DNA of 64,000 bases, from NCBI GenBank assembly GCA_051294905.1, contig CM119372.1, forward strand, positions 16,432,001 to 16,496,000, read 5' to 3'. The notes under the pieces were generated by a model. That model was given only the letters and a program-made list of their open reading frames with translations. It did not search any database and had not been told where the DNA came from. Origin of the DNA: Botryllus schlosseri (Eukaryota). Below are positions 1 through 12,400 of this stretch, in pieces; the stretch's first letter is position 1; each line of letters starts with the position of its first letter. A program made the position numbers and the translations under genes.

Positions 1-1005
1 TACCGATAAAGTACTCTAAAACCTAGTCACTTTTTACGTGGAGGGAGAACATAGCGAAGTACTTGTACATTTGCAGTACTTAAGTATAGGTTTGGCCTGC
101 TTGCGCTATACTTAATGAAGTGATTACCTATTTACACTGCATCTACTTCTATTTCAGAGTTTTTCGCTTTTTCGAGCAAACTATACCTCAATACTTACTT
201 TTTAACTAACTGGGAAATCATTACTTCTTGTACTTTAGTAGGACTTTACTGCTACAATGTACTTTTTTCAGTGGATCACTGGTCTTGGTGAGTGTTGTCA
301 GTTTCATCTATATCCTACGAAAAGCAACTTGAGTACTTCACGGGTTCGTATCATCGCAAATAATATATTCTAAACATGTTTAGATAGCGAGGAGTTGTAA
401 TTATAGGTGAAAGGGACAAATTTTATCTAAAACTGTAACTGTAAAGTACCGATAAAGTAGTCTAGAGTATCTTTATGTTTATTCAGCTCAACGAATATCT
501 TCATTTGGTCTGCTTACTACATTTTAAAGATTTCTACGCTAGAAAAATCACTGTAACATGATAAGTATATTATAATTAATCTTATCAGCGCGGCATAGTA
601 CATTCGAGTAAATTCATTAAATTAGCTTATGTTTATGAAATTATTTGGTTTCCGAATTCTATCTAAAACTGAAACCGACGAGTATCGGTAAAAGCAGTCT
701 TAAACCGTAGACACTTATTACGTGGAGGGAGGCGATAGCGAAGTACTCGTGCATTTTGTACTACTCAAGTATAGGTTTTATCTGCTTGCACTAAACTTAA
801 TCAAGTGATTAACTATTTACACTGCATCTACTTCTATTTCAGAGTATTCGGTTTTCAGGTAAACTATACCTGCAATACTTACTTTTTAACTCACTCGGAA
901 ATCATCACGTCTTGTACTTTACTAGAAATTTACTGCTACTAAATGTTGAAATGTACTGTTTTCAGCGGTCTTGATGAGTGGTGCTAGTTTCATCTATATC
1001 CTACG
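1..1005. repeat. Diverged direct duplication (~320 bp; 1-320 vs ~685-1005)
   Basis: Shared collinear blocks such as tacgtggagggag, gtgatt..ctatttacactgcatctacttctatttcagagt and agtttcatctatatcctacga occur in both segments. Confidence 0.85.
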
Positions 1006-1059
1006 ACGCATTTTCTCGAGTGGGGTGTTATAGGAAGCAAGACGAATCATTGTAAAAGT

Positions 1060-2640
1060 GTTGAAACTTAATTACATATGTAATTCCATCACTAAAGTTG
1101 ATCACGCATAGGTACGTGCTACGCTCCCGCAAACAGATTCACGCGAAGTTGGTATAGAACTGCGTTAGTTTTAAAGGTGTTCCATCATGAAATGTGTGAT
1201 GAAATTTGATGTGTTCCATTGTCATACTGCCCTACACCTGTGAACCAATCTTCAAGTTGCGCATTCAATGTTTAGCTCGGTAATTCCGTTATGAAAGTTG
1301 AGTATGCATATAGGTACGTGCTACGCACTCGCAAAAGTCGGTATGGAACTGCGTTAGTTTTAAAGTTGTTCAATCATGAAATGCGTAACAAAATTTGACA
1401 TGGTGCATTGTCATAATGTCTTACAACTGCGTACCGAGTTTCAAGGTGGGGAGTCGATTATTAACATGCTAAATCCGTTATTAAAGTTGACTATGTATTG
1501 GTACGTGCTACGCTACGGAAAAACAGATTTAGCCAAAAGTCTGTATAGAACTGCGTTGGTTTTAAAGGTGTTACATCATGAAATGTCTGACGAAATTTGG
1601 TTTGGTGCATTGTTATTATGTCCTACAACCGCGTATCAACGTTCAAGGTGAGAATTTAATGTTTAGCATGCTAATTCTGTTATTAAAATTGACTATGTAT
1701 GGGTATATGCTATGTTCACGAAAAACAGATATGCGTAAAAGTTGGTATTCGACTGCGATAGTTTCAAAGGTGTTCCATCATTAGATGTGTGATGAAATTT
1801 AGCATGGTGAATTGCCATAATGTCCTATAACTACGTATCAAGTTTCGAGTTGGGATTCAATGTTAAGCATGGTAATTCCGTTATTAAAGTTGGTTATGTA
1901 TGGGTAGGCTACGTGCTATACGCTCCCACAAAACAGATGTACGCAAAAAGTCGATGTAGAGCCGCGTTAGTTATAAAGTTGTTCCATCATGAAATGTGTG
2001 ATGGGATTTGGTATGGTGCATTGTTATAATCTCCTATAACCGCGTACCAACTTTCAAGGTGGGAATTCAATGTTTAACACGGTAATTCTGCTATTAAAAT
2101 TGACTATGTATAGGTATATGCTATGTTCACGCAAAACAGATATGCGTAAAAGTCGGTATTCGACTGCGTTAGTTTTAAAGGTGTTCCATCATTAGATGTG
2201 TGATGAAATTTAGCATGGTGCATTGCCATAATGTCCTACAACTACGTATCAAGTTTCGAGTTGGGATTCAATGTTAAGCATGGTAATTCCGTTGTTAAAG
2301 TTGACTATGTATAGGTACGTGCTATACGCCCCCACGCAAAACAGATGTACGCAAAAAGTCGATGTAGAACCGCGTTAGTTTTAAAGTTGTTCCATTATGA
2401 AATGCGTGAAGAAATTTGGTATGCTGCATAATCACAATGTCCTACAACTACGTACCAAGTTTCAAGGTGAGGAGTCACATATTAGCATGATAATTCTGTT
2501 ATTAAATCTGACTATGTATATGTACACGCTACCGAAAACAGATTTAGGCAAAAGTTGCTATAGAACTGCGTTAGTTTTAAAGTTGTTCCATCATGAAATG
2601 TGTGATGAAATTTGGTATGCAGCATAATCACAATGCCCTG
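1060..2640. repeat. Tandem satellite, ~8 units of ~200 bp
   Basis: The anchor catcatgaaatgtgtgatgaaatt (with variants) recurs at ~1184, 1373, 1575, 1776, 1985, 2187, 2393 and 2589. Confidence 0.95.
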
Positions 2641-3050
2641 GAGCTCATTTAGATACGTTTTTTAATTTAGTTATACATTCTAGTTGTTTTGATGTAAGGA
2701 GAAAATCATTCGATAACTCGATACAGCTACTTTAACACGCGTTGATGTAACTTTCCTCATTTGTATGCATGCATAGCCTACGCGAAATTGGTTACCGAAT
2801 TTTTCGATTAGTTTATATTCTGTATTTTATTTAAAACTGAAACTGTTAAGTATTACTTAAAGTGTTATAAAATGTGAAAAAGTGTACAAGTAGAATTATT
2901 ATTATGTCATGAACAAGTAGTTTACAAATTCATACGATTTTTCTTGTTGCGTTCCGGGATATAATGTAATTTTTCGCTCTTTTTTATTTTTTATTTTTTC
3001 AATAAAATTAGTATTCATTTTACAAAAAACGTCGTGTAAAGATAAAGTAC

Positions 3051-3160
3051 TTGAACACTAAACCCGTAACACAGTGGCGCAATAGCCCAGATCAGTCCAA
3101 GCTTAGGAGAGTAGATGACTTCTGCAGTGCCATTCAGTGCTCCACCGCCGATCCAAGATG
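3051..3160 (-). CDS. Single exon of a high-affinity choline transporter-like (SLC5A7/CHT1 family) gene; orphan exon or part of a gene running off the window
   Basis: After a gcag acceptor (phase 1) it reads ASWIGGGALNGTAEVIYSPKLGLIWAIAPLCYGFSVQ, matching the CHT1 motif ATWVGGGYINGTAE.VY.PG.GL.WA.AP.GY. The 3' end runs into a repeat that is also present at ~4240-4285. Confidence 0.7.
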
Positions 3161-6100
3161 CTGCATATATGTCAAACATACACGCGGTCAATATCAATCT
3201 ATTATACTGAGTTTTGGCATCGGTTTCAATAACCTGTCATTGTGCAAATTCCTAATGGTCTTAGTATGAACCGACATGCATTCGACTTGTGCAAAAATGT
3301 GTCGCACACTATTTCACCGAGATTACAACCCTTTCACGGTTCACAACTTGATATATCAACTTCACAGGGTAGTTCGGATTCTCAGGTAGACTTGAATCGT
3401 GATCCGGATCTCGGAATATAGTAAAATCGGGGTATGTAGTTTAATTACTCACTCACTACTCTATATGTTGGTGGTGGTCATACCCTGCAAACTTTTTTTG
3501 CTGCGAACGTAGTGTTTCACCTTACATCAGTTGGTTCAATGTATGTACCGGGTTGTGAAAACTGTCGCTGTTTTGACTATGTGTCACAATCAATACTAAA
3601 TACGAGAATTCGTTACTCGTCGAAACGCCGCAGTCAGACATCGTTAACAGCGATTCCGTGTATGGCAATCTTGAGTTCAATTGCGGTTTTGTGATGTTAA
3701 CCAAGCGGCTGTGTTTCTGCGGTGTGAAGACTGAATTCATGTTGTTTCCCCGCAAGAGTGCGATGTCTATTTCACACCTAGAGCAATTATAAAACGCATC
3801 TTCGAAACTTAATGGAAAATGCGTGAGCTCGACTAACTTGTTACGTAGTTCGAAATCGCTACTTCTATGCATTAATTCAAAGTATTTGTCAGTCATCGTA
3901 ACACCGCTCATATTGCGAGCTATCTATTTATTTCAGAGATAACGAATTACTCCTGCTTTTATCAGAGGATACTTTTCTAGGATTTGCCTACTAACAGTAC
4001 TTAGTTTAGATTAATAAAAGTATAGTGATTGAAAATAGATCACTGGAATATAGTTTACAGAAAACTCCACAATTCTATGTGACGTCCTTGCATACCAACA
4101 ACCTTCGAACTATTCGCCGCCTCATAAACACTTGAGTAGGCCTACATCTGATGCGCGAGGGGAAAACATAGTTAAATTTTCATATGCATTTAGTTTCCAA
4201 CTCTGAAAGCAAGCTTAGTCTATGATCATTCGCGTACCATTAGTATTCATTTTACAAAAACGTCGTGTAAAGGTAAAGTACTTGTACATTTCGGAGTACT
4301 CAAGTATCAGTTTTGTCAGCTTATTATATGCTCAGTATATTATACGTCACAAATTGTGGAGCATTTATGTGGGTGCTCCGGGGTGCTCTTCATTGAGTGT
4401 TCGTGTTGGGTGATAAGTTTAATTTGCAAAATTAGCGTGTTCAAATCAGGCCTGTCGCCAACATAGTGATATCGCATTAGCCCTAAATACACATAATAGA
4501 ATATAAAGGAAAAGTATCATCTAACGTATAATGAATGTTATCTATTTCTCGGAAGCAAGTTATTATCAAAACATAGTGGTCAAAATTATCGCAGAGCAAT
4601 ATCGATTTGCGTAAATTCCGTTATGCGTCTGACTACGTTACTAGGGATTATGTAGTTAGTTAAGGAATTAGGAGTCCTATCTTCCCAATCGGTATGGAAC
4701 AACATCAAAATCATCACAAAGCAATATCGACAAAATCTGCTTACTTTTATAACTTTATATTTTGTGAAGTAGAGAGTAGTTTAAGGTTATGTTTTGTCTA
4801 ACCTTGGCGAGTGCTATTGTCACACTCGATCACCATCTTCAAATCATGGCTATCTCAATGATGTTGACTAAATTTTCGGCTTCAGAACGTGTTAATTAGA
4901 CCTAATCGTTTTAACGCTGGGGTTCGCGTACAGGCATCGATAGAGTTTGTATAAATAAAGCCCTGCGAATCGCACGCCTACGGCTATAGTTCATTCGATT
5001 ATTTTCACCTTGGGATTCGCGTTTATGCTACTAAGCTGTTACGACTTTAGAAAATTCTACAAGACTATTCGGAACGCGCACATGCGAGTGATTTGTTTCC
5101 GTAGCTCCGAACTGGAGAATCGCTTGCCTGCGTCTAATGAAAATAAGTCGTAAAATGTGGAGGCTGCAGAGACAGTAACTTGTATACATAAAATCAAGTT
5201 TAAAAATATGGACGGATGAGTTATCTCTGAGCAATAGAGTAATATAACCGCCTATAGTTTAGTGGGGTATTGCTATAATGTATATCCAAACAATCGTTGC
5301 AGACTCTGAATGTTACCTAGGTCCTTATCACAAAAAATCATGCATCAGAAGCGTAGGGGTTCATATTATCAAGTCGCAGCGCTCAAAATCACATTTTATA
5401 TTAAGTAATTAGTGATGATGTGTAGAATTTTGATATTAATAATATTATCCGGAGAATATAACCTTACATAGACATCATAGTTTTCGCATTTATGTATAAT
5501 CTGAATAGGAATTTAAATACATAGTCCTAAATACACATAATAGAAAATCTGTCGATTCTAGCCAAGGTAAGTTTTGACGCAGCAATCATAAGTCGTAAAA
5601 TGTGGAAACTGCAGAAACCGTAACTTGTACACATAAAATCAAGTTTAAAAAATATGGACGGATGATATTAGTCCTAAATACACATAATACAATATCTGAG
5701 AAAAGTATCAAGATGCGGAAATCAATGCAGCGATGATATAGCAATGGATGGATGATGTGGCAATAGGCGTCCCATAGGCGCGGCAATGGGCGGATGATGT
5801 GGCAATGTAGGCGTGGCAATTAAGGCGACGTGGCCTTCTGGGATTGGCGGGCGTATATTTGATCAAACCCTACTACTACTGGGTACAGGCCGGTTCGGAT
5901 CGTGGTGTTAGGGATGACCCGTATATTGAGCATTATCGCAAAGTGCAAAGAAATACGGCCGCAAAAGTGGAATCATTAATGTGATTTAGGACTGGTATTA
6001 TATTCTTTTTTGTCGCATAGAAAGTACTGTACACATGGAAACGTTTCACATAATTTATACTATTTTGAAGTCTCCAAGAGTGATACTCGACTCGACTGAG

Positions 6101-6587
6101 AAGGTACTCGATTTCGCCCAGCCTCAATTACTATCAAACACTTATCCTTCCTCAGTAAATGTGATCTGATTTAGCGGTAGAGTTGTTGGAGGAACGTAAC
6201 TATAGAACAAATTTTGGAAGAAATGGAAACTGGCGACCTGGAAAAACTCGGACTAAAATCCAATTTATGAAAATTCTGGACATATCCGGGAAAACTCCGG
6301 GAAAATGTTGATCAACTCTCCACGGTATTCGCCAATCACGAACCGATCTTTAGAGCCACTGATCTAGGGTATCAAGCCGCCAACACTCGTGGGAATAGCA
6401 TTCCCGCAAAGCGACACGCAGCATGGTTATTGGTCACGCGACGTTGAATGATAAATCACAGCTCTCGCTTGCCAAGTACGAAGTGCCTTCTCATAGACCA
6501 GGGCCCGGGCGTTTCGAAATCAAATTTGCTCAGCGAACAATCGCTCGGCGAAATTGGTCATTGTTATGATCATTGTGTTGCGGCGCT

Positions 6588-7063
6588 GCTATTATCGAAA
6601 CAATACCGATTGTCAGACTTCGAGATTTATTTTGGGGTGGTTCTATTGCTCGGACCAGATTTTAACTTATATTTTCGTAATCAGCGCTGCAGTAGCTTTC
6701 GATTAACTTTTAGCGATTGGGTCGCCAGCTATAGCACTACCAATTATGCTGCTTATAGATTGCTGAGCAGTACACAACACTGCTTGCTCGTGCGTAAACG
6801 ACGGGAGTTGCGTATGCGTATCTATCCTATTATCGAAACGATACCGATTGTCAGACTTCGAGGGCTATTTTGGGGTGGTTCTATTGCTCGGACCAGATTT
6901 TAACTTATATTTTCGTAATCAGCGCTGCAGTAGCTTTCGATTAACTTTTAGCGATTGGGTCGCCAGCTATAGCACTACCAATTATGCTGCTTATAGATTG
7001 CTGAGCAGTAAACAACACTGCTTGCTCGTGCGTAAACGACGGGAGTTGCGTATGCGTATCTAT
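6588..7063. repeat. Near-perfect 239-bp tandem duplication specific to copy A
   Basis: ctattatcgaaac.ataccgattgtcagacttcgag starts at 6588 and 6827; the paralogous region (~40870-41105) has one unit. Confidence 0.92.
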
Positions 7064-7854
7064 CAGTAGGTGGGTAATCTACACATAGATTGCAACTATA
7101 GATATTGTACAGTACAATCTCTACACTGCGTATACTGCTACAGAGTGTGGTGCCCAAAAACATAACAAATATAATCCTCAGGTCATTTCGCAGCCAATGA
7201 TGTTATATTATGTATTATTCGATTCAGCTTGAAGTATATGATGTACGATCGTTATTTCGCGTCTGTATTTACCGCAGATAGAGCTGCAAACGTCGTCAAA
7301 CTAATTCGAAAACCTGTTTTATACGCGTGTCTTAGGATATCGCTGTAGAAAATTGACTCTAAGCCTTCCGCGGAACATTTAGATTACTGGTGCCCAAAAT
7401 CAACTGTGCATCAACAGAGTGTTAAGGGAACATTGCAAATCAGTGGGACCTTTGCACTTCCTTTTTAGATACCAGTTAAGAAATGCGAGGCTTCTACTTG
7501 AGAAGTGTCTTAGCATTGTTTGGCGACAGCGTGATACCAACCAATTGCTTAATGAGCTTATAAGTATTGTAGATAGAATTGGCATTCAAGAAGGACGGGG
7601 TTTCGATTTCGAACTACAACCTCTCCTGTGTATACCACTCCACGCACCACCATGTCTTTCTTTTACGGAGATTTGTGACATTCATGTTTAGCGCTACGGG
7701 ATTGGGTAGATGCTTTAAAAGTAAGTGCATGCCTATATCGATATAATGGCAACATAGGCAACTATGTCGGTTATTGAAATGTCGTTGGTATGTCACCACA
7801 ATATTGCAGAAACGCTGGCATACAGTGGTATAGTAGGTATTGCAGTTCTTTTTC

Positions 7855-8197
7855 AAAGCCATGACGTCACGAATATTCAATTGTAACGACATAGTAGATT
7901 GACATTGACAATTGAAAATATAGGGTAAATATAGCTCCTTTGACGAAATATCTGTACTATAACTGTTTAACCGACTATTTTGCGGGTTCCAACCGTTCCA
8001 TATCAATATACGTCGGCTATATCGGGTGGCAGTTGTCCGTATAGGCTCATACAACATGTTTTCTTTGGAAAGTATTCACACAATTATGGCATGATTTTAC
8101 AACTTAAAGAAACACAATTTTTTTTAAAGGCTTTTGTTTAAAACACATGTTTTAAACAAAGTGTTTTAAACCACCATTTGTTTTAAATGCGACCCTA
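7855..8197. mobile_element. Truncated MITE, same family as 38200-38618 and 47693-48089
   Basis: Shares internal sequence (aagccatgacgtcacgaatatt...) and ends in ttttaaatgcgacccta; the left TIR is missing. Confidence 0.8.
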
Positions 8198-9452
8198 GTG
8201 CATACGCCGGCTTATGTTACACACAAATTGATTGTGATTTAAAGTAATCTTGTACATAATTACTCTCTGCATAAGCAATGCTTATTAAGCATCTGCTATC
8301 TGTTATCGTCGACAGTTCCCAAGTGTATGTATGAAATTTGTAAGCTACGTTGCAATTTGAGACTCTTCTGTTTACTGGCCAGGGCTCAAAGAACAATAAA
8401 AAAACTTAGTAGGTGACATTTAAAACCCAATTTGTTTTAAAACACCTGTTAAAAACATGTTTTTGTCATTGTGTTAAACACATGCCTATTTTTGAAAAAC
8501 ATATTTTTGTAAATTTTTCATAAATTAACATAAACTAAAGTTTTAGGGAGTTATTCAGATTGGGTTTTTATTCGCGCTACGTACGGCTTATATGTCATTA
8601 GATTACTTAGTTTAATACCGGTACCCCCTCCTCAAAAATAAAAATGTAAATAGTAGGGATATGCATGATTTACAGAATCATGGGAGAACGGTATATTCTT
8701 AATGTCACTTGAGGGCGCTGAAGGCCGGTGGGATGCCTACATCTGGGAATGTGCACAGTGGAAACAGGGTATTTCGGCGCCAGTAGGGCCTACACATGAA
8801 GATCTGTAACATTTGGCTTCCACCTCCACATGTTAGAAAAAATCACTCATGTTTTACAATCTTGATTTTGAAAAATAGAAGGGATAAAATTTCATCACTG
8901 TCATGAGGGAAATTTTTCTAACAACCAAGTGAAATAACCCCTGTACCACATAGCTCACTATATTCACGAAGATAGCCCCTATTTGTAATGTCATGTCTCA
9001 TTAATCATTTGCATTCGTCGTAATCCATAAAAAAACGTAAAAACATTAAGTTACTTTCCTTCCAAAGCACGATATAGCTGCTGTGTGTCAAACCAATTAC
9101 GTAACTTTCAGGCATCAGAGGAGACTGGGGGTACGGTTACGCAAGAAAAGAAACGGATATCGTTTTCTTTGCCTCCCAACTTTGGTCTTCAAGCTTCATA
9201 TCACCCCATATACGTTACCCCAATTCAATTCTGATTTGAGTCTCCACATAGCAAAACAATAGACAACCACGGTATAGATCAGACGTGATATTGTTCGGTT
9301 GTAGATGGCATTGAAATGCAAAGCAAACAGTAGCATTGGAAGTTATTAGGCAAAAGTTGAAATATCTTTTCCGCAAATCGTAAATCAATTACTCATGATT
9401 ACGTTTTGTTTTGAAGATGAATAGCAATAATATCCAAAATTTCAATTTCATT

Positions 9453-12400
9453 CTATACCACTACTCCTTCATCCTCTTCTTCCACAGTAGTGACAGCGAC
9501 TGTGATTTGTCCGGCGGAGAACCAGTTCTCTCTGGGATTGTCTTCGTCAGTGACCAAATAATTAAGGCTGAAATGGACCTGTAAAACGTAACAGTAGTCA
9601 AATAAGAGAGATGTGGGGCTGTATAATAATCGCATAGGCGTGTAAACATTTTTCATGTAGGTCAACTACAGAATAATACGCCGAGATCAGAGTTGTACCC
9701 TGTAGTTGACTTGACATATGGACACGTATGATTACTAGGGCAAGTTTTGTTGCACTAAAATTGTGAAAAAGTTGCACTTAATTTCAACAAAATTTGCATT
9801 TTTAATTTTTTGGAATTATTTGGGTATGAGATACTCGAAAGGTTCCGTTGCAGAATCCAACAGGGACATCTGCTAGTTTGGTTTCTTTCTTCGGTATTCA
9901 ATCGACCCTGTATACAGTTTTACATTCTTTAGGTTTCAAACCTACATGGCAGCATTTGGCTGTCAGCTCCTACGGAGCTGTCAAAATCGGTTCTTCCGCA
10001 TTTAGCGAACTGCCTGGCGAGACCGCCGAAATTACATTTTTCCGGTACGTGTCAAGAAAACAATGCAATGCGGAAATAATTTTCCGCAAAAAGCCAAACA
10101 ACAAAGCGACAGTCCATAAAACCAGTCGAATACCATACCCAACCCCCCATAGGTCTGCAAACATGGTGCATGGCATTGCAAAAAAAACTGTGAACATCAA
10201 TCATAAACAAATCTCAATATGTGACTCAGCAAAATATCTCGGCGTCACCATTGATTCCAAATTGTCTTGGAAGCAGCATATTGAATGCACAATATCAAAA
10301 CTAGCTCGGTGTGTGGAAATAATGACCCGTCTCCAATCTTTGGTTTCCAGATCAGTACTACGAACCATCTACTTCTCTCTTTTCCACTCTCATCTGCAAT
10401 ATGGAATCGTAGTATGGGGAAATGCATGCACAACATTTTTGTGCAGAATTTGAACCCTGCAAAACCGTGCGATACGACTGATCTCATCTGTACCTTTACG
10501 TACCAATTTATCGCCTTACTACCGTAAGCATCGAATTTTGCGAGTTGATGAACTATATCGCTTCGAAGTATCAAAAGTTGTTCGCAAATATTTTTCCAAT
10601 AGTCTGCCTCCTGTGTTTGATGACTTTTTCATACCTGCTAAACATGTCCATTCCCATAACACGAGATCCTCGTCTAAAGGAAACATCTACTTACCCCCAC
10701 CCAATAGCAACCTAACTAAAAGATCTATCGACTACTCGGGACCTATCATCTGGGATGCATTACCACCACATATCCGTGAATTGCCTTATATTAGATTCAA
10801 AAATGCCCTACTTGATCACCTCTTGTCGTTACACTAACACTGTTGCCCTACCTCGCCCAGACATTGCTTCATTGATCATTTGCTACCATTGTTTAATTTT
10901 TTTCTATTTTCCTTTAACTAAACATTTTTTTACAGCCAAACTGTTCAGAGTCAAGTGTACCTGTTTGATGCTGGTGTGATCAGACTAGATGACCTTCACG
11001 GTCTTATCGATCATTCCTATCTAATACCGAATACTGTGCCCGCATATTTTCTGTACCACCATCACTGCCGTTTGTTATGTATTTTGGTTCGATGAAAATA
11101 AAGACTCTCTCTCTCTCTGTTGGTAACGTTAACAAAATAGCCTGAAAAGGTGTCCCAGTGAAAACGTATTTAGCGGCGATCTCGCCTGGGCGTCCGTGAA
11201 ATGGGAAAGAACATCAATCAATCAATCAATCAAACGACCTATTTACGTATAGTACGAGTAATATCGTGCGTGGCTGGGGTTGTTCAACTTCTAGCTTGTA
11301 AGCCTTTGCGTCATAGATAACATTGAGATGCAGCTAATCAATCACATAGCTATTTTTTAAGCAAATCAAAAAGAGAACCATACTAGAAATAGTTTTATAG
11401 GATTTTTTTTCAAATTAGCCCTTTGCATTTTGCACAATACATGATAAAAGTTGGACTAAACATTCGCATGACAAAATGAATAAAGTTGCAAAAAGTTGCA
11501 GTATAAAACTCCATCAAATAGCTTAAAACACCATACTGCATATTTTCTGAGTATACAGGAAGCTACCGGAAGCTGTAGAAAAAAGTTGCAAAAACTTGCC
11601 CTAGTCATTACTGTACTGGTGTACACATACGCGTAGCCAGGATATGTATTTTGAGGCGTGGATGAAAAAAAAATCGATCGGATCCATTGGGACATGGCGT
11701 ACACGTATGGCATTACAGTGACCTAAGTGCAAAATTGTGGGAAGGTATAAAATTGCCTTTCCTCTGCACTCCCTGGTTATGCCAGTTACTAATATGTCGC
11801 ATTTTTTAGGTCTGTCATTTCTACTACCAATTGGAATTGCAATTTCCTAAGCCAGCCCCTGAATCGGAAAAGGATCGCGACTTTCATATCTCACAGCTCA
11901 TACACATGTACTATTGTAATGTTGGTCTTAGAAGCAAAGAAATCCTTAAATATATTTCGTTGGCTGATTTTCAGGATGCGATACCGTTTAGTATATATTT
12001 CCTATACCCACTTTTCCACTGACGGCCATAATCTGATGTTGGAACTGTAATGTTCAACACATTTCAGCTGACGAGCAGTCATGCGCGGACCGTTTTCAGT
12101 AATAACTTCAGAACCTTATGTGGGCTGAGAAAAATCGGATCGCGGGATGCAATTGTCCGGTGGGTAGTAGTTTGGACCAGACATGGGGTAATCGCGATTA
12201 GTAATCGTAATCGATTACGACGATTACAGCATTTTCAAGTAATCGTAATCGCAATCGATTACATTCGGAAAAAATCGGAAGTAATCGTAATCGTAATCGA
12301 CTACTTCCCATATTTAATCGATTTCTTTGTGAAAGAACGATTACTTTTTTTTGTACAGGACAATGACATAAACTGAACTTTCGTCAACAAGGATTACACC

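Noticed and set aside
1060..2640. CRISPR array or repeat-protein gene
   Set aside because: Whole ~200-bp units are homologous with no unique spacers; unit lengths do not keep frame; eukaryotic context with no cas genes.
6448..7069. 151-aa and 73-aa ORFs with repeated sequence
   Set aside because: They arise from the 239-bp tandem duplication; the frame is not conserved in the paralogous region.
10451..10453. In-frame TGA in the LINE ORF as selenocysteine
   Set aside because: No redox motif or SECIS; most simply a nonsense mutation in a dead retroelement.
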